A stretch of 64,000 bases of DNA, taken from contig OZ245777.1 of NCBI GenBank assembly GCA_965227775.1, positions 1,824,001-1,888,000 on the forward strand, written 5' to 3'. Below the pieces are notes generated by a model. It saw only the letters and a program-made list of their open reading frames with translations, was not told the DNA's origin and made no database searches. This DNA comes from Phycisphaerales bacterium (lineage in GTDB: Bacteria; Planctomycetota; Phycisphaerae; Phycisphaerales; UBA1924). Below are positions 30,697 to 40,993 of this stretch, in pieces; the first letter of the stretch is position 1, and every line of letters starts with the position of its first letter. Made by a program: the position numbers and the translations under genes.

Positions 30697-31575
30697 ATGG
30701 CCAACAATCGGTCCATGGCATCGACGACAGCCACGACCACCAAGTCGCCGCGCACCTGGTCGGACCTCCGGCCCGAGCGGCGCAGCCAGGTTCCCGAGGG
30801 CCTGTGGCTGCGCTGCCCAGGGTGCGAGCAACTGATCTACCGCAAGCAGATGGAGGCGAATCTCCACGTCTGCCCCGAGTGCGGGCACCACTACCGAATC
30901 CAGGCCGGCGAGCGCATCTCCCAGCTTGCCGACCAGGGCAGCTTCGAGGCCATGTTCGAAGACCTGCGCCCGAGGGACCCGCTGAAGTTCGAGGACCTCA
31001 AGCCCTACGCCGGTCGCCTAGCGGCCGAGCAGAAGCGCACGGGCCGGCATGACGCCGTCGTCGCGGGCGTTGGCTTCATCAAGGGTCGCCAGGCGGTCCT
31101 GTGCTCGCTCGATCTCGGGTTCATGATGGGTTCGATGGGCAGCGTCGTGGGCGAGACCGTCACGCGTTCGATCGAATTGGCGACCGAGCGCAAGCTGCCG
31201 ATCATCGTTGTCAGCTGCTCGGGCGGCGCGCGCATGCAGGAGAGCACGCTGAGCCTGATGCAGATGGCCAAGAGCAGCGCCGCGCTGGCGCGCCACGACA
31301 AGGCCGGCGGGCTGTTCATCAGCGTGCTGGCCGACCCGACGACCGGTGGGGTGACGGCTTCGTTCGCGATGCTGGGTGACGTGATCATCGCCGAGCCGGG
31401 CGCGCTCATCGGCTTCGCGGGCCCGCGCGTCATCCGCCAGACCATCCGCCAGGAGCTGCCCGAGGGCTTCCAGCGTTCGGAGTTCTGCCTCGATCACGGG
31501 CTGATCGACAAGATCGTGCACCGGGCCGAGCTTCGCAACGAACTCGCACGCCTGATCGACTACGCCGGCCTGTGA
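30697..31575 (+). CDS. accD: Acetyl-CoA carboxylase carboxyltransferase beta subunit
   Basis: WLRCPGC...CPECG, FMMGSMG, SGGARMQE, PTTGGVTAS, GFAGPRVI. Confidence 0.96.
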   Translation: MANNRSMASTTATTTKSPRTWSDLRPERRSQVPEGLWLRCPGCEQLIYRKQMEANLHVCPECGHHYRIQAGERISQLADQGSFEAMFEDLRPRDPLKFEDLKPYAGRLAAEQKRTGRHDAVVAGVGFIKGRQAVLCSLDLGFMMGSMGSVVGETVTRSIELATERKLPIIVVSCSGGARMQESTLSLMQMAKSSAALARHDKAGGLFISVLADPTTGGVTASFAMLGDVIIAEPGALIGFAGPRVIRQTIRQELPEGFQRSEFCLDHGLIDKIVHRAELRNELARLIDYAGL

Positions 31576-33335
31576 CCGCCCAGGCCCGCAGCGCCGCCCT
31601 CGTGCGCCCGACTAAGGGCCTGCACTGGGCGCTCTTCGGGGGCGCCGCAGGTTTCTCGTACGCCATCTTGGGCCTGCTCGCCAGCGAGCCACTGGCGTGG
31701 TGGCCGTTTGCACTCGTCGCTCCGGCGCCATTGATGGCGATCGCGATCTTCGTAAGCAAAGCAGGCCGCCGAGCTATCTGGCGGACAGCCGCCGGCGCCT
31801 GGGTCGGGTCGCTTCCGTTGTGGGTCATCACGCACGCGTGGATGTTCAAGGTCTCGCCGGTTGGCTTCTTCCCGGGCATGCTGTTGCAGGGCTCGTGGGC
31901 TGGTGTCTTCGTCCTGCTCGCGGCCATCGCCGTGCGCGGGCGCGGCGGGCCAGTCCTCACGGCGTTCCTGCTCGCGATCACGTGGTCATTCGTCGAGGTG
32001 TTCCGAGGGAGCGTTCTCTTCGGTGGGTACGCGTGGTTGCTCGCGGGCCATCCGCTCATCGACGCGCCGATGATCTCGGTCGGTGGTGCGTGGGTCGGGG
32101 CGTATGGCGTCGGGTTTGCCGTCGCGCTTACCGCGGCGGCGCTGACGTTGCTCGCGCGTTCGCGCGATGATCTGCCTCGCATGGCAACCCTGGCGGCTTC
32201 GCCGCTGCTCGTGCTGCTCGGTCTCGGTTTTCTTGCGCCGAAGCCCGGCCAGCCCACCGGCGCGCGGGTCGCCATCGTGCAGACCAACGTGCCGCAGGAC
32301 AACCGCATGGCCTGGTCGATGGAAGACCAGGTGCGGCTGTTCGATGAGTTCGCGGCCATGACCACGTCGGCGCGCGGCAACGCGGACTTTGTGGTCTGGC
32401 CCGAGACGATGCTTCCCGGTCCACCCATCAGCCCCCAGGCGCTCATCGAGATGCGCCGATTCGGTCTTGTCTACCTCGTCGACTTACCCGAGCGCGATCG
32501 CATCGACGCGACGTACTTTGCCGACGAGGCGCTCGAGCTGCACGAGGCGATCGGCATGCCGATGATCATCGGCGCCACCGGCATGGACGGGCTGCGGATC
32601 TCGGCCACCGCCGAGGGTGAGGTTCTGCAAGACTACGACGGGCTGTACAACAGCGCGCACCTGCTTGTGGGTGGTGGGCTCGAAGCGGCCCGGTACGACA
32701 AGCTCAAGCTTACGATCTTCGGCGAGGTCTTGCCGCTGGTCTCGCGGTGGGATTGGCTCGAAGAGAAGCTTCTTTTGATCGGCGCGGGCGGTATGCGGTT
32801 CGACCTGGATGCCGGCAAGAAGCCCGTCTGGTTCGACGTACCGACGCAGTCGGGGCCGCTGCGTGTCGGCACGCCCATCTGCTTCGAGGTTGCGTACGCC
32901 GGCGTGAGCCGTCGGCTGGCACGCGGCAACGGCGACCGCGTCGATGCCCTCGTGAACCTGACCAACGACGGCTGGTTCTCCACGAGCGATTCCGGCCGAG
33001 CCATGCACCTGAAGCTCGCGCGGTGGCGGGCGCTCGAGAACGGCGTCCCCATCGTGCGGGCGGCGAACACCGGCATCTCGACGATCATCGACTCTCGCGG
33101 CAAGATCGCGTTGAGCGAGGCAACAATGCCCGAGGGTCCGGGCAGCCACTCGATCTCGACCGCGGGCAAGGCCTTCGCGACGCGGACGCCGCAGGTGGTC
33201 TTCGGTGAGGTGCCCGGGCGAACGACGCGGGCGACGCCGTTCTCAGCGGTTGGGTTTCTGACGCCGTGGCTGCTGTTCCTCGCGGGCCTTCTGGTGCTCG
33301 TGCGGGGCGTCGCGTCGGGCCGGCGCGTGGGCTGA
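31572..33335 (+). CDS. lnt: Apolipoprotein N-acyltransferase
   Basis: TM N-terminus; VQTN, WPE, YDK, ICFE, NDGWF, RAANTGIS. Confidence 0.93.
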   Translation: MTAQARSAALVRPTKGLHWALFGGAAGFSYAILGLLASEPLAWWPFALVAPAPLMAIAIFVSKAGRRAIWRTAAGAWVGSLPLWVITHAWMFKVSPVGFFPGMLLQGSWAGVFVLLAAIAVRGRGGPVLTAFLLAITWSFVEVFRGSVLFGGYAWLLAGHPLIDAPMISVGGAWVGAYGVGFAVALTAAALTLLARSRDDLPRMATLAASPLLVLLGLGFLAPKPGQPTGARVAIVQTNVPQDNRMAWSMEDQVRLFDEFAAMTTSARGNADFVVWPETMLPGPPISPQALIEMRRFGLVYLVDLPERDRIDATYFADEALELHEAIGMPMIIGATGMDGLRISATAEGEVLQDYDGLYNSAHLLVGGGLEAARYDKLKLTIFGEVLPLVSRWDWLEEKLLLIGAGGMRFDLDAGKKPVWFDVPTQSGPLRVGTPICFEVAYAGVSRRLARGNGDRVDALVNLTNDGWFSTSDSGRAMHLKLARWRALENGVPIVRAANTGISTIIDSRGKIALSEATMPEGPGSHSISTAGKAFATRTPQVVFGEVPGRTTRATPFSAVGFLTPWLLFLAGLLVLVRGVASGRRVG

Positions 33336-33387
33336 GCCGATAACCCATTTACGAACATGGATCGCCCGGACTCGTACCTTCGAGTTC

Positions 33388-34479
33388 GTGGGTCGGAGTA
33401 TCTCGGCAGCCGTGAGCGGCGGGCAGGAAGGGACGGTGTGGGTGATGGTGCGGACCAGGACCGTGATCGTGTGTGTGGCGGTCTGTTCGACTGCGATGTT
33501 GGCCGGATGCGCTGGTGGCGGATCGGGTGGCCCGGTTGACGCGGGACCAACGCCGGGCGCCATTGAGCTCTCACAAGCACGCGAGGGCGCCATCGAGCAG
33601 TTGGAAGGTCTCGCGCGACACGCCGATCCGGTCATCCGTGGGAATGCGATCGAGGCCTTGCTCGAGGCGCCAGGTCGCGCGGCCACGTGGCTCGAGCAAG
33701 GACTGAGCGACCAGAGCCCTGGCGTACGGGCCGTCGCGCTGGGCGGCATCGCCGAGACGGGTCGAGCCGACCTTGCTGAGCAAGCCAAGCCGCTGCTGCG
33801 GGACCGCTCGCCATTTGTACGACTCAATGCGGCCTATGCGCTTGCTGCAAACGGCGATGACAGCGGCTCGCAGGAGATCGTGCGAGCGCTGATGCAGACC
33901 GAGGAGCCCCGGCTGCGGGCCCAGGCGGCCTTCGTTCTTGGAGAACTCGGGAATCGATCGGCCGTGCCCCTGCTGCGCGATGCCGCGTCGCGCCCGATGC
34001 CGCTCGCACCCGATGGTCAGGTCCGCCTGATGAGTCTGCAGATGAGCGAGGCCATGGTGAAGCTGGGCGACAGCGAGCAGGTCCAGCCCATCCGGGCGGC
34101 TCTCTATCCCGCGAGCGCCCAGGAACTCGAAGCCACGGCCCTGGCGGCTCGAATCCTCGGAGAGGTGGGCGACCACGCCTCCGAGACGCAGCTCGCATTC
34201 CTTACCGCTCGGCTTGATGATGGCGGCAACATGCTGCCGCCCGAGGTCAGGTTGTCCGCCGTATACGCCTTGGCTCAGCTTGGCAAGACGCAAGGTGACA
34301 CGATCGCCCTGGCGTACCTCGACGACCCGAGGGCCTCGATTCGGGGTTTGTCAGCAATTGCTCTGGGCGAGATTGGCAAGACGCAGCACCTCGACAGCAT
34401 CCGCCCGTTGCTTGCCGATCCAGACCCGTCCGTTCGGGTTCATGCCGCGGCGGCTGTTGTCCGGCTGACACGACCGTGA
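33388..34479 (+). CDS. HEAT-repeat lipoprotein (start uncertain)
   Basis: LAGC lipobox; repeated D-SP-VR-AA-ALG units. Confidence 0.78.
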   Translation: MGRSISAAVSGGQEGTVWVMVRTRTVIVCVAVCSTAMLAGCAGGGSGGPVDAGPTPGAIELSQAREGAIEQLEGLARHADPVIRGNAIEALLEAPGRAATWLEQGLSDQSPGVRAVALGGIAETGRADLAEQAKPLLRDRSPFVRLNAAYALAANGDDSGSQEIVRALMQTEEPRLRAQAAFVLGELGNRSAVPLLRDAASRPMPLAPDGQVRLMSLQMSEAMVKLGDSEQVQPIRAALYPASAQELEATALAARILGEVGDHASETQLAFLTARLDDGGNMLPPEVRLSAVYALAQLGKTQGDTIALAYLDDPRASIRGLSAIALGEIGKTQHLDSIRPLLADPDPSVRVHAAAAVVRLTRP

Positions 34480-34855
34480 TAACCTGTGCCCTCTCCGGGC
34501 GAACCGCAGTGGTTTGACGCCGGGGCCGCGGCACCCGTCGAGACCGCGTCGCTGGGCCGTCAGGGCGTTGCCAAGGCAACCAGCCGGGCCTTGCGGGCGT
34601 ATCGACGCTCACCCTCGGCGTTGCTGGTGGGTATGGTGTCCGCTCGCTCGAGCGGTCTTGCTGGGGGCATGCGGCAAGCAGCAGGCTGGCCTCCGGCCCG
34701 ATCGGAATCGAGGGTTGGGGTTGGAGACGACGGACGGAGCGGGTTTCTGATTGGCTCTGGCCACCAGAAACGGTTGAAAGAGAACGAACGTAGCGGGCGA
34801 GCACGATCGGCCATCACACGGGCCTCCGAACGGCCAGAACACGGGTTTTCAAACG

Positions 34856-35704
34856 ATGCACACTCTCACGAAGTTCCTCGTACTCGCGGCCGCGGTTGCG
34901 GGCATCGCGCTGTCCACGCTCACCATCTCGTTCGCGATCAACAATCGCGGCGTGCTTGAGGACTATGACCGCCTGCAGGCGGCCAACGAGGCCCTGCAGG
35001 CCCGCGAGCAAGAAGCCGCCGCGAGCGCCCAGGCCGAGGCCGACCGCCTCCGCCGCGAGCAGGACTCCCTGCGTCAGCAGATCAGCGCCAGTGAGTCTGA
35101 GCTCCTTCGACTTCGTGGCGAGGTGGGCGAGCTGCGCCGCGACAAGCTGACCGCCAACCAGCAGGTCACCACGCTGCAGAACCAGATTTCGCAGCTCAAC
35201 GAGACGACGCGCATGCTGACCGAGCTGAGCGATCGCTTCGCCGCCGAGGTGAGCGAGCTGCGCAACACCGAGCTTGCCCTGCGTCAGAACGAGATCGATC
35301 TGCTCGATCGCATCGCCGACCTGCAGAGCAGCAACCAGTCGCTGACCGCAACCGTGAACGGCCTGCGTGAGCAGATCGCCCGCCTCGAGAACGACGAGGG
35401 CGGCCAGGGCGATGCCCTCGCCGGTGGTTCGGACGTGACCACATTCGTGACCGGCCAGATCATGGAGACCGAGCAGGACTCGTCGGGCGCCACGCTGGCC
35501 CGCGTCGACCTCGGCTCGCAGGACGGCCTGGCCCGCGGCAAGCGGCTGTTCATCATCCGTAACGAGGGCGGCAACCGTCGCCTGGTGGGCCACTTCAATG
35601 TCCAGAACGCCGACCTGCAGTTCGCCGAGGGCGTCGTCGACACGCTCGGCCTGGGTCTGACCCCGCGCCGCGGCGACATCGTCGTGTCGGACATCCGTCG
35701 CTAA
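34856..35704 (+). CDS. Membrane-anchored coiled-coil protein with C-terminal beta domain
   Basis: N-terminal TM, long heptad-rich region, VDLGSQDGL...GDIV tail. Confidence 0.75.
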   Translation: MHTLTKFLVLAAAVAGIALSTLTISFAINNRGVLEDYDRLQAANEALQAREQEAAASAQAEADRLRREQDSLRQQISASESELLRLRGEVGELRRDKLTANQQVTTLQNQISQLNETTRMLTELSDRFAAEVSELRNTELALRQNEIDLLDRIADLQSSNQSLTATVNGLREQIARLENDEGGQGDALAGGSDVTTFVTGQIMETEQDSSGATLARVDLGSQDGLARGKRLFIIRNEGGNRRLVGHFNVQNADLQFAEGVVDTLGLGLTPRRGDIVVSDIRR

Positions 35705-35731
35705 TCAACGCACGCACCTGGGAGCACACGC

Positions 35732-35932
35732 ATGAGTCAGTACGGAATGCAGATGCCCGGCGGGCGTTCGTCCCGCGGACCGAGCCTGGGCGTCATCGAC
35801 GGGCTGCTGGCCCTCTCGATCATCGCGATGGGCTTTGGGATCTTCTTCATGTATCAGGCCGCGGCCGCGGTGAGCCCCGATGGCCAGCCCTGGAACATGC
35901 ACGGCGACGGCCCGATCGTGCTTCCGGAGTAA
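35732..35932 (+). CDS. Small single-TM protein
   Basis: SD GGAG upstream of ATG; one hydrophobic helix. Confidence 0.65.
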   Translation: MSQYGMQMPGGRSSRGPSLGVIDGLLALSIIAMGFGIFFMYQAAAAVSPDGQPWNMHGDGPIVLPE

Positions 35933-36041
35933 TCGTTGCGGCCGGTCCGCGCGTGGCCCTGGGCAACGCGTCGGTCTTGACCGTGTGGGCGTGGCGGCTA
36001 TTCTTGTCACGCCCGACCGCAGCCCATCGCTGCGACAACCC

Positions 36042-36115
<74 letters not shown>

Positions 36116-36123
36116 CTTCATCG

Positions 36124-36153
36124 ACGCCCCTGGCGAAACGCTGGGGGCGTTTT
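36124..36153 (+). terminator. Intrinsic terminator after tRNA-Asp
   Basis: ACGCCCCTGGCG-AAA-CGCTGGGGGCGT followed by TTT. Confidence 0.75.
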
Positions 36154-36341
36154 GCATGGTGTACCGAGAGTCTTGTTCGGCCCTCTCACGAGCTGAGCCC
36201 GGCCACCCTTGGCCGTGCGGGCCGTAGCTCGTCCATGGGCTCTTTGGGTGCATAGCGTGGCCAAGCCGGGACGAGCGTTGCTCTTGAGCCGCTTCGAGCA
36301 GCCCGGGTCTGCGCAGCGTTGCAAAGTGAGGCGGACCACAC

Positions 36342-37067
36342 ATGCCAAAGCTCATCGCCATGTGGTCGGGCCCACGCAACATTTCCACGGCGATGATGCG
36401 GTCGTGGGAGGCCCGCGGCGACACGCTCGTCGTTGATGAGCCGCTGTATGCGCATTACTTGGCTACGACGGGCGTCGACCATCCTGGCGGCCAAGAGGTC
36501 ATCGCCGCCGGCGAGACGGACCTGGGCGCCGTGATCGGTCACTTGACCGCTCCGCCGCCCGAGCCTTTCGAGTTCGTGTACCAGAAGCACATGGCACACC
36601 ACCTGCCCGCAGGCGTGGACCTGGGGTGGCTCGATGGGCTGGCTAACGCGGTGCTCGTTCGCGAGCCTCGGGAGATGCTCACGTCCCTGCTTGAGGTGTT
36701 GCCCAACCCCGACCTGGACGCGACGGGCCTGCCGGCCCAGGCCGCCTTGCTTGAGCGATGCGGGTCGCTGCCGGTCATCGATTCGAAGGCCGTGCTGCAG
36801 AACCCCGCAGGCATGCTCCGTGCTTTGTGCGGGGCGTTGGGCGTGCCCTTCACCGATGGCATGCTGGCGTGGGAAGCAGGGCCTCGATCGACCGACGGCG
36901 TGTGGGCGAAGCACTGGTACGAGAGCGTCGAGCGATCGACCGGGTTTGCGCCCTACAAACCCAAGCAGGCGGACGTTCCCGCCCGCCACCAGCCGCTGCT
37001 CCGCTCGTGCGAGGCGATCTACGACCGGCTCGTCGCGCATGCGCTCGCACCCATGGACGAGGAATAG
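36342..37067 (+). CDS. Sulfotransferase-like P-loop protein
   Basis: IAMWSGPRNISTAMMRSW, DEPLY, YQKHMAHH, DGVWAKHWY. Confidence 0.78.
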   Translation: MPKLIAMWSGPRNISTAMMRSWEARGDTLVVDEPLYAHYLATTGVDHPGGQEVIAAGETDLGAVIGHLTAPPPEPFEFVYQKHMAHHLPAGVDLGWLDGLANAVLVREPREMLTSLLEVLPNPDLDATGLPAQAALLERCGSLPVIDSKAVLQNPAGMLRALCGALGVPFTDGMLAWEAGPRSTDGVWAKHWYESVERSTGFAPYKPKQADVPARHQPLLRSCEAIYDRLVAHALAPMDEE

Positions 37068-37071
37068 GCCT

Positions 37072-37974
37072 GTGCTCCAACAGCCCAACCCGCTCAACCA
37101 AGACGTCATCGTCAACATCAACGGTTCGCTGACGCCTCGGGGCGAGGCGCGTGTGAGTCCGTTCGACTCGTCCGTCCAGAACGGCGACGCCGTGTGGGAA
37201 GGTCTACGCGTGTACGACGGGCGGATCTTCCGCTTGCGTGAGCACCTCGCGCGGCTGCGCCGCTCGGCGACAGCGCTGGCGTTCGCGAGCATACCGAGCG
37301 ATGAGAAGATGATCACAGAGGTGCGTCGCACGCTCGAGGCCAATGGCATGCGCGACGGCGTGCACATCCGCCTCACGCTGACGCGAGGTGAGAAGTACAC
37401 CTCCGGCCTTGATCCGCGCATAAACACGGCGGGCCACACGCTCATCGTGCTGGCCGAGCACAAGCCGCCGGTGTACGACAAGACGGGCATCAGGCTCAAG
37501 ACCTCGGCCCATCGGCGTCCGCCGTCGGACGTGCTCGATCAGAAGATCCACTCGTGCAATCAGCTCACGTCGATCCTGGCCAAGCTCGAGGCTAATGCGG
37601 CGAACGCCGACGACGCCCTGATGCTCGATACCCGGGGTTTCGTCGCCGAGACGAACGCGACGCACCTGTTCTTCGTGGAGGATGGCTCGATCCGCACGCC
37701 GACCACCGCAGCGTGTCCCGAGGGGATCACGCGGTCGGTCATCCTGGAAGTCTGCAAAGCCAACGGCATCGAGTGTCAGGAGGCCGATCTGACGCTGTCC
37801 GAGGCGTATCGGGCCGATGAGGTCTTCTGCACGGGCACGATGGGTGAGATTGCGCCGGTGGTGGAGATCGACGGCCGGAGTATTGGTGGCGGTGCTATGG
37901 GGCCGATGACGGCCCGGCTGTCCGAGTTGTTTGGCGCCCTAACGGCGCGTGAAGGCGAGCAGGTTGTGCCGTAA
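37072..37974 (+). CDS. Aminotransferase class IV (BCAT/DAAT/PabC fold)
   Basis: VSPFDS, GDAVWEGLR, HLARL, ETNATHLF, EGITR, ADEVFCTGTMGE. Confidence 0.88.
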   Translation: MLQQPNPLNQDVIVNINGSLTPRGEARVSPFDSSVQNGDAVWEGLRVYDGRIFRLREHLARLRRSATALAFASIPSDEKMITEVRRTLEANGMRDGVHIRLTLTRGEKYTSGLDPRINTAGHTLIVLAEHKPPVYDKTGIRLKTSAHRRPPSDVLDQKIHSCNQLTSILAKLEANAANADDALMLDTRGFVAETNATHLFFVEDGSIRTPTTAACPEGITRSVILEVCKANGIECQEADLTLSEAYRADEVFCTGTMGEIAPVVEIDGRSIGGGAMGPMTARLSELFGALTAREGEQVVP

Positions 37975-38036
37975 CGTTTGGTGTTCGCGGGAGTGTTCGC
38001 AGACCTCAAGCTCAAGATTGAAGCGGGAGTAGCCCC

Positions 38037-38528
38037 ATGACGCCCGAAGCAGCCGCACCGCTGTGGGAGACGGACGCCGCCGTATTGCCGGTACTGGTCG
38101 CGACGGCCATAGCCGTGGCCGCATGCGTTGGCCTGCACGCGGAAGTGGTCTGCCGTCTCACGGCGTGGGCGCACTCGACGAAGCGTTCGGTGCGCCTCGT
38201 GCTTCCGGGCTGTGTCCTCTCGCTGCTGGCGACCCACGTCGTGCAGGTGCTCATATTCGCGCTGACCCACTTCATCATCGAGCGGATGTACGGCGAACGC
38301 GTGGGCATCCTGAGCATGGCGGCCGACGGCTCGCTCACCGAGCGGATCTACTTTTCGGGCGTCGTGTTCTCGACGCTCGGCTTCGGGGACATCGTTCCCA
38401 TGGGTCCATTGCGGCTGCTCGTGACCATCGAGTCGATCACGGGGCTCATGCTCATCGCATGGTCGGCCACGATGTCGTACGCCGTACTCGAGCGGGAGCA
38501 CGACACCCGGCGAAAGCGACGCTCGTAG
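38037..38528 (+). CDS. Small potassium-channel-family protein
   Basis: YFSGVVFSTLGFGDIVP pore/selectivity filter flanked by TM helices. Confidence 0.85.
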   Translation: MTPEAAAPLWETDAAVLPVLVATAIAVAACVGLHAEVVCRLTAWAHSTKRSVRLVLPGCVLSLLATHVVQVLIFALTHFIIERMYGERVGILSMAADGSLTERIYFSGVVFSTLGFGDIVPMGPLRLLVTIESITGLMLIAWSATMSYAVLEREHDTRRKRRS

Positions 38529-38588
38529 GTTCGCCCTGGGAGGGATGAACCAGGAGCCCGGCAACGACCCCAGGACCTACCCTCGGGC

Positions 38589-40265
38589 TTGCCCGACGGA
38601 CCACCACATGCCAGCGTGCGGGACGCCGCCCTCGCGGAGCCCGGCGGCACGATCCGAGTGACGCACGAGCGGCTCGCGTGGGCGTTCGTCGCGTTGGGTT
38701 GCCTTGCGTGCACGGTGCGGTACGTCCTGGGATTCCCCCTGATTCCCGACGAGGCGGCGCTCGCGGTCAACATCGCGCGCCGCGGGTACGAGGGCCTGCT
38801 GGGCGAACTCGACTTCGGGCAGATGGCGCCGCCGCTGTTCCTGATGGTCGAGGAGTTTGCCACCCGGACGTTCGGCTTCAACGAGTGGTCGCTGCGTGCT
38901 TTCCCTTTCGCAGGGGCGGTCGGCGCGATGGCGCTGTTCCCGCTCGTCGCGCGGCGGCTGCTCGACGGTTGGGCGTTCACGCTTGCCGTCGCGGTGTTCA
39001 GCGTGTCGTACTGGCCCATCCGCTACAGCGCCGAGGTAAAGCCATACGGCGTCGACATGCTCATCACGGTGCTGTGGATGCTGCTCGCGCTACGGTGGCG
39101 CGACAGCGATCGGCCGTGGCTCTGGTTGTTGGCGATGTGCCCACTCGCGCTGGTCGGCTTCGGCGTGTCGTTCCCGTCGGTGTTCGTGGGGGGCGGTGCG
39201 GTGGCGTTCATGACGCTCGCCGGTGTTCGCCACGGCTTGGTGACGCGGCTTGCGCATCCGGGCCTCGTCGGGGCATTCCTGTTGGCGGGCTTCGTGGGCA
39301 CGTACCGCTTCCTTGTGCCGTCCAGCAGCGAGACAGCCGACTGGATGGCCGACTACTGGCAGAAGGCATTCCCGCCCATGGATTCACTCGCATCGGCGGC
39401 GTGGTGGTTCCTTGACGTACTCACGGGCGAGCTCATGCCCTACCCCATGGGAGGGGAGAATTTTGCCAGTGCAGGCACGCTGTTGTGCGTGGTGGTGGGG
39501 TTGGTCCTCCTCCTGCGACAGAAGCGGTTCGGTGTCTTGGTTCTGCTGCTCGGGCCGGTGGTGCTCGCGCTGGTTGCGGGTTTCCTGCAGAAGTACCCGT
39601 TCGGCACGCCCACGAGGCTTCAGCTCTACCTCGCACCGGTCTTCTGCGTGCTGGCGGGCTGCGGACTCGCGTGGCTCATGGCGCGGCTAGGCGACGCCCT
39701 CCGCGCACCGGCCTGGCGGAGTCCCATGCGTGTGGCGGCCACCGGGCTCGCGTGCGTCGCGATCGCGTCGATGGCCCGCGACCTGATCAACCCCCAGAAG
39801 TCGTCGACCGACGCCGTGCTGCGGGACGCGACCGACGTCATCTGGGGCGCCACGCGCTTCGATGGCCCGCGGCCACTGAGCCTGCGCGAGGACCTGGGCG
39901 CGGCGTTCGTGCCCGAGCCCGAGGGCATGCAGAGCGAAGTGACTCGGTTCCTGGCCAACTACCACATGCGCGTGCAGCGTGAGGCCGAGGGCATCGAGCA
40001 ACGCGATTTCGACACTGGCGAGCCGGTGGAGGTCGTGACGTTCTACGTTGACGGCTATGTCGACGAGGCACTTCGCCAGCAGTGGATCTCGACATTTGAG
40101 CGCACGCACGGCCTTCGCCTGGCGGGCAGCGGGCTGCTCACGATTCCGCACGTCGGGAACCACGAGGACCTGCTGCGCTACGACCGGATTGAGGTGCTGC
40201 GCTTCGAGCCGCTGGCGACGACCAGCGCACCGCTGGCGATCGAGGGCGACCAGCCCACGCCCTAG
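38589..40265 (+). CDS. Polytopic GT-C-type (family 39-like) glycosyltransferase
   Basis: DE motif after first TM (IPDEAAL), PPLF, EWSLR-P, YSAEVKPY; many TM. Confidence 0.7.
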   Translation: MPDGPPHASVRDAALAEPGGTIRVTHERLAWAFVALGCLACTVRYVLGFPLIPDEAALAVNIARRGYEGLLGELDFGQMAPPLFLMVEEFATRTFGFNEWSLRAFPFAGAVGAMALFPLVARRLLDGWAFTLAVAVFSVSYWPIRYSAEVKPYGVDMLITVLWMLLALRWRDSDRPWLWLLAMCPLALVGFGVSFPSVFVGGGAVAFMTLAGVRHGLVTRLAHPGLVGAFLLAGFVGTYRFLVPSSSETADWMADYWQKAFPPMDSLASAAWWFLDVLTGELMPYPMGGENFASAGTLLCVVVGLVLLLRQKRFGVLVLLLGPVVLALVAGFLQKYPFGTPTRLQLYLAPVFCVLAGCGLAWLMARLGDALRAPAWRSPMRVAATGLACVAIASMARDLINPQKSSTDAVLRDATDVIWGATRFDGPRPLSLREDLGAAFVPEPEGMQSEVTRFLANYHMRVQREAEGIEQRDFDTGEPVEVVTFYVDGYVDEALRQQWISTFERTHGLRLAGSGLLTIPHVGNHEDLLRYDRIEVLRFEPLATTSAPLAIEGDQPTP

Positions 40266-40987
40266 CGCTTGCCGAGCCCGTCGAGGAATCGGTGCAAGGT
40301 CGCGCCAAGCCGTTGTGGCTCGTCGAGCCAGATCATGTGCCGGGCACCGTCGATAATCTCGGACGACCCGGCGGGCAGGAGATCGGCAAGCTGCAGCGTG
40401 GGCCAGGCGGGCCTGATGTCGCGCTCGCCCAGGATGAAGTGCGCGGGCACGCTGAGCCGGGCGAGATCGGCAAGCAATCCGGGCTCGGTGATGAAGCGTC
40501 GCCACCAGGCGTTGCTCTCGGGGTTCACGCGCTCGTCGCAGCCAAAGGGCTGCTCTGGCAACGGCTCGTTCTCCGCGTCGCGGGCCGCCTTGTAGGCGTC
40601 GCTCCAGCTCCGGTCGTTGACGATGCGACCGCCGGCGAGCCCGATAATCGACGTCGTGCGCTCGGGAAACCGCAGTGCGTGCAGAAGGGCAAGGTCGGCC
40701 CCAGCCGAGTGGCCAATGACCGTCCACTGGTCGAAGCCGTAGGCGGCGCGGATGGCGTCGAGGTCCAGGACGCTCTGCCCGAAGTTGTAGGGCGGCGTGA
40801 ACGAGCTACGCCCGCAGCCGCGTTCCTCGAAGCGCACGACCGTGTAGCGACCACGGAGCAGTTGGGCCACGGGCCCGAGATAGTCACAGCATCCCGGCCC
40901 GCCGTTGCACAGGACTATTGGCGGTCCATCACCCTCGACGCAGGTCCACAGGCTCGCGTCGCCGCTCTGGACGTGCCGCTCGCCCAT
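40262..40987 (-). CDS. Alpha/beta hydrolase (proline iminopeptidase-like)
   Basis: NGGPG, RGCGRS, GHSAG, GERD, GARH. Confidence 0.82.
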   Translation of the reverse strand: MGERHVQSGDASLWTCVEGDGPPIVLCNGGPGCCDYLGPVAQLLRGRYTVVRFEERGCGRSSFTPPYNFGQSVLDLDAIRAAYGFDQWTVIGHSAGADLALLHALRFPERTTSIIGLAGGRIVNDRSWSDAYKAARDAENEPLPEQPFGCDERVNPESNAWWRRFITEPGLLADLARLSVPAHFILGERDIRPAWPTLQLADLLPAGSSEIIDGARHMIWLDEPQRLGATLHRFLDGLGKR

Positions 40988-40993
40988 CGATCG

